This document shows, in pieces, positions 11,664 to 22,794 of a stretch of 64,000 nt of DNA. Each line of letters starts with the position of its first letter. Position 1 is the stretch's first letter. The position numbers were made by a program, and so were the translations under genes. The stretch lies in the NCBI RefSeq assembly GCF_036321535.1, contig NC_087436.1, positions 43,030,001 to 43,094,000 of the forward strand, written 5' to 3'. The notes beneath the pieces are model-generated. The model was given only the letters and a program-made list of their open reading frames with translations, was not told the DNA's origin and made no database searches. The DNA comes from Camelus dromedarius (taxonomy: Eukaryota).

Positions 11664-13655
11664 CTAAGTATCAACAGTGCCACTTCCACATTCTGTTCTC
11701 AAGGCACCCGGATGGTAACCCTGGGCCGTCCTCTCCTCCTCTTCATGCATGTTTCTGAGTGCATGAAGTTGTGAAGGTCCTACGTGTACTGCATACGTGA
11801 GGCATCATATATTCCTTCCTATACATTGTTTACATGTCAACTATGGGGATGTTCCATGCAAACTTCAATTGCTGTTGGCAAACAATAGGGGGAGGTCAAA
11901 GAAAATTCCATGATATTCCGAGTACAACCTAATCATCCACCTAGTCATAAACCTATTTCTCTGTTTATGCCAAGATTTAACAGACTTCATAATTACTGTT
12001 CTCTGAATGACAAGTTTGTAAGAGAAATGTAAATTTTTAAAACCTCTTTGCTGTTAATCTGTTTTAGCTTGTTTGTTTAACAAAAAAAGGCAAAAAAAAA
12101 AAAGATTACCTTAAGTTTCCTGGTGTGATTCTGGTTGAAATGGAGGGTTTCTGATTGAAAGCTTAGTTGCTATTTAACAGTTAAAGTGGGTCGGTTTGTG
12201 GGCAAGAATCACTTACGAATGTGAAAGCGAGAATCAGTGGGTTTGCTCCCACCTAGAGTCACGTCATTTGGGTCAAACTGGAAAAGCTCACGTCACGGAC
12301 GAGTTTGATCGCTTTACGGTATTCTCGCCCTGTTTGTTTGGGTGACATTTGCTGAATTGAACTTTTTGTTCCTTTCTCAAACCTGTGCTCTTTTTTCTTC
12401 ATTTGCTTCCTTTTATATTTTTTCCATTCTTTACTTTTTCCTTTTTGTCAAGTAGTGTGTGAGAAGAGTGAAATTTGCATAAGGTAAAATAAAAACTGAG
12501 GCCTCCTGGAGGTAGCTATTCTAACATTTTTGATCATCTTCAGGGCCCCTGAAAAATGTCAAGAAGATTTTTAAAGGTTTTTAATTTTGTGCTAGTTTGG
12601 ACGTAGGGGTCCTGTGTTGGAGGTAAATGTTTGAGAAGAGAAAGCAAGTAGGGGCCCGCTGTGCCTGCATGTGCTCACCGTCTGGGGCAGCTGGCAGGAG
12701 ACACCAGCTGGGTCATGGATCAGGATTTTGTGCAGATGCACTTACTTCTCTGCCTCTTGGGGCGGGCCCTCCTGCATCATCACTGGCTGGTGTTCTGAAG
12801 TTTGGGAGGCCTGCGAAGGTCTTCAATTCTCCTAAGCATTTTGACCTCGGTCTTTGTGACTCGTGCTTTCATAGCGTCTCTCATGTCAGTGATGCTGTTG
12901 CCCTCCAGGGAGTTCGGGTTTTCCAGTTTTAAAAAAAGAAAAGGGAAACATCCCTGTTTTCTTTGTGCTTCTCATTTCTCTGTTTGTTCAATTCCTGTGG
13001 GGCTTTATCTCCTCCCTGAAATGCTTTAGAGTGCATGGTATCTTCATCAACGTTGTTTTAACAATAGTAACTCAGAATCCTCAGAAGCCTATTTTTAAAG
13101 CTGAAGCAAAAAAGAAAACAACCCTCCCTCTTCGCTCTCATTTCACCTTTCTGTGTTGATTACTAATCACCTTAGATATTGTTGCTAGTGGATGTATGGT
13201 AGATGGATTGAAACTTTTCTGATAATTATTACACGATTTAAAACAATATATATTTAAAGTAAATATATACGGTAAATGTATTGAGCCATGTTAACCTGCC
13301 AATGAGATCTGTGAAAAAGTAATGGCCTCATTTTTCCCTTTTTAATTTCTCTTATCTTTTTTGTGAAGCAGCTATACGTGGCATTCATGTATTTAAAAAA
13401 AAAAATAGGTATAGAGTGTTTTTTTTTTTTTTACACTTTTAGCATGTGGTGTTGAAGTATTACCGTAGATCAAGTTTGTCTTCCACACTAAGATGTGAGG
13501 AAATTGTGATTTGTTCTCTCCACCACAATTGAATTACACATTTATTATCTGCTATCATTTTGAAACACTGCAGTTTACCATGGGACACTGTATATATTTC
13601 TTGCCATAATGGTAAATGACTATTTAAGAGTTAATAAATTTGTGATTTCTGCTGA
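11664..13655 (+). other. CAMK2D: CAMK2D terminal exon / 3'UTR (gives AA|C TAA = Asn-stop when the cassette exon is skipped)
   Basis: Long polypyrimidine tract ...ttctttctccctctcccgtttctccttgcag|CTAAG. The sequence is repeat-free and resembles the human CAMK2D 3'UTR as recalled. The 3' end is estimated from the AATAAA at 13633. Confidence 0.9.
13633..13638 (+). terminator. CAMK2D: Polyadenylation signal of CAMK2D
   Basis: AATAAA with upstream TGTA (13589) and a downstream T-rich tract (tctttatttcttt, about 13667-13679). Confidence 0.8.
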
Positions 13656-14399
13656 CGACGCATCCATCTTTATTTCTTTAGAAGTACTTACTGTCTTTAC
13701 GCACATGTGACACTGGCTGGTGCCAGGGGCAACATGTCTTACTATGGTCTCATTAGTACATCATTTGCCTTTGTAAAGATGAAGTTATTGAACTGAGCTG
13801 TCTTCTAAGACTGTACTTGGTGATAAGTTAAATTTACAGTAAGCACAAAATAAAGGTCTCTCCTCAGATTCTTCTGAGAACAAAGTAGTTAAAACAAGAG
13901 TCCTGAAAGTTTCTAATGTACCCTTCCCTCTGTCCTTCTCATGGTTCCATTTTTCATCCAAATCTGACCATATAATACATCTGTGTTGTCACCTCCAAAG
14001 TACAGGCAAGCGCCTCCTCGACTTGAACTTGAGTGAACCAAAATGCTCAACTTCTCTCAATTTATTAAAAGTTTGATTCTAACCTAGAATAGTCTTCCCC
14101 TATTTCTTCAACCTAATTCTTACTCATTCCTTGAAATTCAATTTAGAACAGCATCCCCTCCAGCAAACCTTCCTAGACATGCTCCAGGCTGTCAACACTC
14201 ATGTAGTGGTTTGTGGTAGCCTCTCCTGCCAACCACGCTATTTTGGAAATATATCTCTATTTGTGTCTCCTCTACTGGAGTAACGCTTCTGTAGGCAAGA
14301 ACTGTGTATTAGTACCCATAAACCCATATGAGGGCCAGGAAGGAAGAAGCTGTTAATAATTGTTGAACTGTGGCCAAACCATAAAGGGAAATTCCAGGT

Positions 14400-14600
14400 G
14401 TAATCAGAGAGTCTGGAGTTGATGTTTGGCTCTGTCACTGTTGTCTTTGACACTCTGAGCAAGCTTCTCTCTGAACCTTAGTTTTTGTATTTGTAAAATG
14501 AGACGAAACATACCAATGAATACAATATGGTGAGGATTCGAGACAATGGGTACAGAGTGCCTAGAAGCTACTTGGTACATAATCCTAAGTGGTAGCAGCT
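14400..14600. mobile_element. MIR SINE remnant
   Basis: MIR core ctctctgaaccttagtttttgtatttgtaaaatgag...gtgaggatt...agtgcctagaa. Confidence 0.7.
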
Positions 14601-15179
14601 ATAACTGTTCCAAGCACTGATATTAATACTTCCATTGTTCTGGTTATTCCTTACTCAAGGGAGTAGAAGACCCTTGTTTTGCTAGGAGCTGCCCTTTTAA
14701 TGTAAGTTGACTGAGGATATACTCATTTTCAAAAGTCGCAACAGCAAAATGATAAATACTGAGTGAGGTAGTCATGTAGCCCAAACTAGGAGAAACGAAA
14801 TGGAGTAAATCAGCATATTCCAGGACAGTTCTCAAGGAATCTTAATCTTAAGTAACTGAAATTTTGAATCTCTGTATAAACAAAAACTACATATGATGTA
14901 ATGGTAAACATAGAAAGCACAACCTTTGAGTGATTTCATTAAATAAAATTCTACTGACTTCTATGAAAGTTTCACGGTTTCCATGGTTTCCTTTGTCAGA
15001 TGAAAGTACAAATATATCAAAAAGTGATAATGAACATCTACACACTAGACCCTGTGTCCATGATCTGAACACTAAGCAGTCATAAACCACGTGGGCCTGA
15101 GACAGCAGCACAGGGTATTTACACCATTTCTACTTTTCTATCAAACAAAACAATTCTCAGAAGTAAGCCAACAGTTTAC

Positions 15180-17720
15180 TGTCTCAATCTTGAAACATTT
15201 TTCTCTCATCTTTCAGATAACACACTTGCCTAATTTCCTTCCTACCATCCTAGATGCTCCTTCCCAATCTCTACCTGGTCCCTTTTCATCAACCTGGCTT
15301 TTAAATTTTGGAACTCTTTTTTTCTATTTTCACTCACACTCACTCCCAATTATCTTGTGCCCAATCTCAATGGCTTGAAATTATGTCAATGACTCAAAGT
15401 TTTTATGTCAATGACTCAAATATCTATCTAGAGCCTTGAACGGTCTCCTAAACTCCAAACTTGTGGCTCCAACGGCCTATTTGAAATCTACGTTGTAGAT
15501 CTACTAGGCATCTCAAAATACAATGTCCAAAGCTGAGCTTTTGATGGTCTATGCCAAAACCCCCTCCCTCTACAGTTCTTTTCATATCTTAAGAATTGGT
15601 AAATACTGGATAACAGCATGTAAATCAATGAAGTTAGAACACTCCCTCACTCCATTCACAAAAGTAAACTCAAAATGGATTAAATATCCAAAAGAAACCA
15701 TAAATCTCCTAGAAGAAAACTTAGGTGAAACATTCTCCAACATAAATCTAAGCAATGCTCTCCTCGGACAGTCTACCCAGGCAATAGAAATGAGAGTAAA
15801 AATAAACAAATGGGACCGAATTAAACTTATAAGCTTTTGCACAGCAGAGGAAACCATAAGCAAAACAAAAAGACAACCTACGGAATGGGAGAAAATTTGC
15901 AAATGATGATACTGATGAGGGCTTAAATTCCAGAATATATAAACAGCTCATATAACTTAGTAACAACAAAACCAACCCAATCCAAAAATGGGCAGAAGAC
16001 CTAAACAAGCAATTCTCCAGTGAAGACATACAAATGGCCAATAGGCACAGGAAAAGATGCTCAATATCACTAATTATCAGAGAAATGCAATTCAAAACTA
16101 TAATGAGGAATCACCTCACACCAGTCAGAATGGCCATCATTCAAAAGTCTGCCAACAATAAATGCTGGAGAGGATGTGGATAAAAGGGAACCCTCCTACA
16201 CTGCTGGTGGGAATGTAGTTTGGTGCAACCATTATGGAACACAGTATGGAGATTCCTCAAAAGACTAAAAATAGACTTATCATGTGATCCAGCAATCCCA
16301 CTCTTGGGCATATATCCAGAGGGAACTCTAATTCGAAAAGATACCTGCACCCCAATGTTCATAGCAGCACTACATACAATAGCCAAGGCATGGAAACAGC
16401 CTAACTGTCCATCGACAGATGACTGGGTAAAGAAGTTGTGGTATATTTATACAATGGGATACTACTCAGCCACAAAAAAAGAATAAAATAATGCCATTTG
16501 CAGCAACATGGATGGACCTAGAGATCATCATTCTAAGTGAAGTAAGCCAGAAAGAGAAAGAAAAATACCATATGATATCACTCATATGTGGAATCAAAAA
16601 AAAGGGGGGGCAGACACTATGAACTCATCTACAAAACAGAAACACACTCACAGACATAGTAAACAATTTTATGGTTACTGGGGAAAGGGGGGTGGGAAGG
16701 GATAAATTTGAGAGTTTGAGATTTTAAAATGTTAGTCACTATATATATAAATAGATTTTTTAAAGTTTCTTCTGTATAGCATAGGGAACTATGTTCAATA
16801 TCTTGTAATAACCTTTAATGAAAAAATATGGAAACCAATATATGTATGTATATGCATGTCTGGGACATCATGCTGTAGACCAGAAATAGACACATTGTAA
16901 CTGTACTTCAATTAAAAAAAATTTTTTTTTAAGAATTGGCAATTCAGTTCTTCCTTTGATCAGGCTAGAAATCTTGGTGTCTTTAATTCCTCTTCCTATT
17001 TGAAAACCCGTCATCTTTACCTCCAAATTATAACCAGAATCTGACCACTTCTCACAATGGTCTCTGCTACCTCCCTTGGGCCAAATCACCATCATGTTCT
17101 CTATAGTATTGGGGTGTCCCACTAACTGGTCTCTCAGCCTCTGCTCTTACCTCACTTCTATTTACTCCTGATGCAGCAGCTAGAATGAGTTTGTTAAAAG
17201 TCAAAGCATGTCACTTCTCCGCACAAAACCCTCCACTAGTTTCCCTTATCACTCACAGTAAGAACAAAGTCCTGAGAGTGGCCTTTGAGTATGGACCTGC
17301 TATGGCTCCCCATTTCCTCTCTCACCACTTGTCTGTGAACATGCTAGGAGTGCTCCCACCCCAAGGCCTTTGCACTTGATTTTTACTGTGCCTGAAACAC
17401 TCCCTCAGAGATCCAAGTAGCCATCTCCTTCACTTACCTGTTTATTCTCAAAATTAAGTCACTTTCTCACTAAAGTTTCACTGACCATCTTATCCAAGAC
17501 TTCAAACTTAACTCCCTCAGACACCTTATCCTCCTTCCCTGATTTTTTTTTTCTCATTACAATTACTATTCAGCATATTGTTTCTTCATTTTATCTATCT
17601 TTATAAGGGTGGAGATTTTTGTCTCCCTTGTTCATGATACATTTATAGCTCCTAGAACAGTGTTTGGAACATAGTAGGTGCTTAATAAATATTTGGAGTT
17701 GAACAAATAAATTAATGAAT
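15180..17720 (+). mobile_element. L2 LINE 3' portion, split by a younger L1
   Basis: L2 motifs aggcatctcaaaatacaatgtccaaagctgagc (about 15507-15540) and ggcctttgcacttg. The L2 terminus catagtaggtgcttaataaatatttg...aatgaat ends near 17720. Confidence 0.85.
15603..16930 (+). mobile_element. 5'-truncated young LINE-1 (ORF2 C-terminus and 3'UTR)
   Basis: ORF fragments WITACKSMKL...KRQPTEWEK and [13 protein letters not shown]. Flanking TSD AAGAATTGGTAA (15591-15602) / AAGAATTGGCAA (16931-16942) at a TT|AAGA endonuclease-type site. Confidence 0.93.
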
Positions 17721-17744
17721 TGTTCTCTTTTGCAGTTAGAAAAC

Positions 17745-18200
17745 TGTTCAGTTTGGAACGTTTTTAGGTGGCAGAGAACAGAAAACTGAATTCCAAATAT
17801 CTTAACAAGGAAAATACATTATTTCACAGAACAAGAGATGGATGAATTCCTTCTTGGGTTGATAAACAACCTGTGTAAACAATGTGATAAATTCAGTGAT
17901 TCAATAACATAGAAAAGGACCCAAGTCCTTTCCATTTTTCAGCTTGCCCTCTCAAGGGCATAAACTTTGTAATACAGGTTAAAAGACCTCAGGCTCCCAA
18001 AATGCATGACATGGTTCCTAGTGTTGCATTCAACGGAAGAGCTCCTGCTCTTCTCCCCCACCTGCACCCCTCACCCCCTAGCAAAGAACATTTCTCAGAA
18101 GCCCAAGTGGCCCAGAAGTGGGTCACACATCCTATCCTGTTCAGCTTAGACTGATAAGGACCCACCCTGGAGCTAGGGGTAGATGGCATTCCCTTAGACC
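17745..18200 (-). mobile_element. Old MaLR LTR (MLT1K/L-like)
   Basis: Start tcagtttggaacgtttttaggtggcagagaacagaaaac...cttaacaagg and later aaggacccaagtcctttccat resemble old MLT1 LTRs. Highly diverged. Confidence 0.5.
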
Positions 18201-19779
18201 AGGGCCCTTCAGGGAAAGAAGGATTTCTGCACAGAGACTGCATCTTATTAAGTTTCTTCAAAAAGAGCTCAGGAACCAACATTATATGGTCTAATAAGTA
18301 CATTGGGAAAGTCAGAAAAATCTTTTTTCTTTATTGTCCCCTTTAAAGCTGCTGTTCTATGCATGGTAAATGAATGGTAAAAAAAATAATAACAACAATT
18401 ATAAAATAAAATGTAAGAAAATGAATCATCATCTCCTCCCAACTCTACATCTCACCCTTGTATTGTTCCTGATGTGCCCGGCTGGTTCAGTGCTGGAGAA
18501 TTCTCCCACCACAGAACTCCTTGGGACTGGGAAAATTTAGTCATTTCACTCCATCTGAAGTTCTGCCAGGAATTCCAGTCCCATAAAGGGCCCATTAAAC
18601 CAGAATTGCACCCTGCCCCCTCCAGATACCCTCTGCCCTGCCCTAACTTCAAAGAACAAGTTGAGGGGGGGAACACAAAGTAAAGACCCTGTAGTGCCTG
18701 AAACCACACTGAGTAATCAGTTTTCTTCAGTTCTGCTTTTCTTCCTTATGACTTTGAATAAATAAAGTAGGAAAGCTGGGCGTGGTGCCAGGGGAGTGTA
18801 ACATCTAAGTAAACACCAGTGATCTTACTCACCATCCACCCACTTGACAAAGTGAACAAAAGAAACAGCAGTTCATCTCCAGAACCTGTTCCCACAGGGC
18901 CTGAAGCAACAATTTGCTGCCGTGTGGGAAGAAGTGCTTGGCTAACTGACTGGTGATTAAGCGGTGTTATGTGCACAATGCTCCTTTTCGTCAGTATCAC
19001 TGTTGCAAATACAGGCGATTTAAGGCACATCTTCCACTGAAGATGAGGTGGGTTAGTCACTGCCCTCCTTCTTACAAAAGCCTTAATTCTCAGACTTTAC
19101 CTTCCTCACATTTCCTCTTTTAATATTTCCATAAGCACCTCTTCACTCCCAAACAAAAGAACTAGATTCCCGATCACTCCAGCTGTGAGGGAGGGAGTCC
19201 TTCGGGGTCACAGGGTAAGAGGATGTATTTGAAAAGTGACAATCGATTTCACGCTCTTGCCTTCCCCTCGTTCAGTTTGTAAAAAAATCAGCTAACCCAC
19301 CTTGAGACCACATTGCTAAAAGATGAAACACTGAATATGCACACACATAAGCAAACCTATACGTGAACAGGTAGGCAAAACAAAGCACTCTGGGATGGCG
19401 AACAGGCACTGGTAATTAGAGGTGATGAATGCGAAAGACAAAATAAAAATAAAAAAGGCAGAAAACAAGACAGAAGGAAACACTAACCAAGGGCCTTCTC
19501 TGTCACAGGCTCAGTGATAAAAACTGTCCCAGAAGAAGAGAGCCCCTTGCCAGGAGACCACTGCCCTGGGCTTCTATCTTGTTCTTAACCTGCTCTCCTG
19601 CTCTCTGACTCATGCTAAGGCCACAAAACCCCTTAAAACTTACCCAAGTAAACACACCCTACTTTGGGGAGATGTAACAGACGGAGGTCTTTCACCACCC
19701 AATCTATTATTCGTTCCCTAAGAGCTGACACCAGGGTTTGAGACGTTGGATCTGAAGAGGCATCCTTGCCTTCCTTGTA

Positions 19780-20012
19780 CAGTTGACCCTTGAACAACGC
19801 AGGTTTGAACTGTGCGGGTCCACTTACACGTGGATTTTTTTTTCAACAGTAAATACCGCACTACAGGAACCCCGTGGGTTGAATCTGCAGATGCAGAGCT
19901 GTGGATACAGAGAAACCATGTATATGGGGAAAGCCAACTATAAATTACACAAGGATTTTCGACTGCACAGAGGGTCAGCATCCTGCACCCCACACTGTTC
20001 AAGGGCCAAATG
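19780..20012 (+). mobile_element. Tigger2a-like non-autonomous DNA transposon
   Basis: TIRs CAGTTGACCCTTGAACA ... TGTTCAAGGGCCAAATG, flanked by a TA duplication (19778-79 and 20013-14). Confidence 0.88.
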
Positions 20013-21369
20013 TATTCTCTATGTGATTCCTATGCTGAGGCTATGATGCCACTTAACAGGAAAGAAGGAAAGAGGAAATGAGAAGAAGAGGGAATTAAGA
20101 AGCTCCAGAACTCAGCAGCATGAAATCTCAAGCTTCACTTTTGGGTTAATCTTATCTTTGTGCTCCACGTTCACTCTTTTTTTTTTTTTTTGAAGACATA
20201 CCTGTTAAAAGCATGAATACACACACCCTCTCAAGTACAAATATTAATTTTTCCAAGACACAGAAAGAAAACACTTTGCTAGCTGCCTCATGATCACCAA
20301 TAGCCTTTCTCCTCAACAGATTTGGTTTCTTTCCTACTTCTCCTTCAGCTTACTAGAAGCAGCACAGAGCCCTATCACCCTTACTGATTATTTCACAAGA
20401 GAGGCTTGAAATGCTGAGGAACTTTCATTCTTATCATTCTTCATCTGCAGGAAGGAAAAAAGGATGTTCAGTTCTCCCAATTACATACACAAAACAAAAA
20501 CAAGATTATACTATATGTTCTCTGATGTAACTTGCTTTATTTTTTACTTACTAGCATATAATAAACAAATTTCATTTCAATATGCTCCTATAACATTCCT
20601 TTTAGTGACCTCATACTATTTACCTAAATGATATACCATTTATTTAATCAGTTCCCTATTGTTGAACACGTGTGTTTCTTTTACTCGGATGCCATCAACA
20701 ATGAGTAATGAACATCCTTACAGCTGACTTTTTGCACAGACCTTCGATTACTTCCTTAGGGAAATTACCAGAGAAGAAAATACTGAATCATCCATTCAAT
20801 TTTAGCTTCACAAAAACAGTTAATGATTTACTGGGCAGAAATTATCAGAGCGAATAAATTATATATCCAAGCTCACTCAGTGGCAAAATTTTATCTCAAA
20901 TCCAGGTTTCCTCATTTCATGTCTACCATACTTCTCTGCTGTCCAATCATGCTCTACTCTGGTCACCACAGTGGAAGGACAAGGTACCGCAGAGGAGGGA
21001 AATTCCAGAGCACTGTTGCTATTCATAGCTTTAGTTTTAAAATACTTGTTTTTTCCACTTGATTATATTCATCTCCAGATCTTCCTACACACGGACTTTG
21101 CTGTAGGCTCCTGTTTGGGTTTTTTGTTGTTTTTTCACTTAATTTTGCCCTTTCAAATTGACACACCTATTTTTCTAGATACCATTTAGGTTGCTCTTAA
21201 ATATTATTTGGGCTGACAAGCATCCTTAGACAGGCCTAGGAAGTCCTGGTGGAATCATTCAGCCTGGATTATCAGTTTGAGAACTACAGGTTGGTGAAAA
21301 TGACTATGAACACTCAAAAGGATCCAAGAGCCTTTGAAACTTCCTCTTGTTATTTTTGTTCTATTGGTC

Positions 21370-21825
21370 GCATTAAGGTTTTCTAGAGAAACAGAACCAA
21401 TAGGTTATATGCATATACAGAGAGACTTATTGTCAGAAATTGGCTCACATGAATTGGCAAGCTGGAGACACAGAACAGCCAATGGTGTAGTTCTAGGCTG
21501 AAGGCCAGCAAGTTTGAGACCCAAGAAAAGCCAATGTTTCCATTTGAGTCAGAAGGCAGAAAAAGACCAACTGAAGTTCCTGCTCAAAGGCTCAGAGGGG
21601 TTCTCTCTTACTGGAGGGAGGGTCTTCCTTTTTATTCTATTCAGGCCTTCAACTGATTGGAGGAGGCCCACCCACATGAGGGAGGCCATCTGCTCTACTC
21701 AGTCTATAAATTCAAATGTTAATCTCATCCAGAAACACCTTCACAGATACTCCCAGAATAACATTAACCAAATATCTGGCCACCTTATGGCCCAGTCAAG
21801 TTGACACATAAAATTAACCTTCACA
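21370..21825 (-). mobile_element. MLT2 (ERVL) solo LTR
   Basis: ggttttctagagaaacagaaccaatagg...ttcaactgattggaggaggcccacccacat...gcccagtcaagttgacacataaaattaaccttcaca. Confidence 0.85.
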
Positions 21826-22794
21826 CCAGTATTAGCAGTAATTTAGAAAAAAAAAAATGTTTCATTTTCAAAAAGACCAAATAAATGGACAGTTTGTAGA
21901 TGGTATCCAATCTAATAGCCAATCTTATGAGTAAGAAGTCCCATGAAAGAGAATAGCAATTGCCAATTTCAAAATGGAATGAAAAAGGATGAATTTATAA
22001 AACCTAGAGCAATGTTTCTCAAAGACTTTAGCCTTTAGAGATTTTATACTCTTAAAAATAATTGAAAACCTCATAAAGCTAATGCTTATGTGGATTATGT
22101 TTTCAACACTTACAAAATTAGACAGGCCAGTAGGTTTTGGACAGGCAGCACAAAATTCTCTTCTCCTTAGTCCTACTGCTTCAATGAAATAGGAAGCAAA
22201 ATCCCCAACTTACTGTGAGGATGGAAGAAGGGATATTAAGCTTTTAAGAAGGGAGGAGAAGGTAGGAAATATTGTTGAGGGAGGGAGGAAGAGAAGATGG
22301 GGCAGGCTAGGGAAATGCAGTTGGATTAGCAGGAAGTTCTGAGAGCCCACTAGAGTTTGTAGTCACAAATAAGAGACAAATCAGCACAGTGAAATGTTTT
22401 TTTTTTTTTCCTGTCATGTTTATCTGCACATGTGCTGGTACTGAACAAATCAATAGTTGGATTTAGTCTGGTTTACACAAGGCAATTATCTGAGACTTCA
22501 GTTGAGAGGATACATATGAAAGAGAAGATTCAGGAAGACAGAACAACATATGGAAAGAAACGAAAGACTAAAATACATTCAGAAACCTATATGTAGTCTA
22601 GTTGTTGCTGGAGCAAAAATTAGAAGAGCAAGGAATGTATCCAGAAATAATACTAGAGAGACTGATGGTTTAGTATTTTCTCCCAGCAGGTAAATATACT
22701 AAAAGTAGCAGACTGCAAAAGACATACAATATCATGTATAGTAAGAATAACAGAATTTACTTATACATAATGGATAGATAGCCATTAAGGAGTT

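Noticed and set aside
15381..15420. 18-bp direct repeat TTATGTCAATGACTCAAA x2
   Set aside because: A simple local duplication within an L2. Only two copies and no spacer array, so not CRISPR-like.
16911..16930. A-tail followed by a T-run before the TSD (similar T-run at 45905-45918)
   Set aside because: Most simply explained by mononucleotide slippage in L1 tails. Not enough evidence for a special mechanism.
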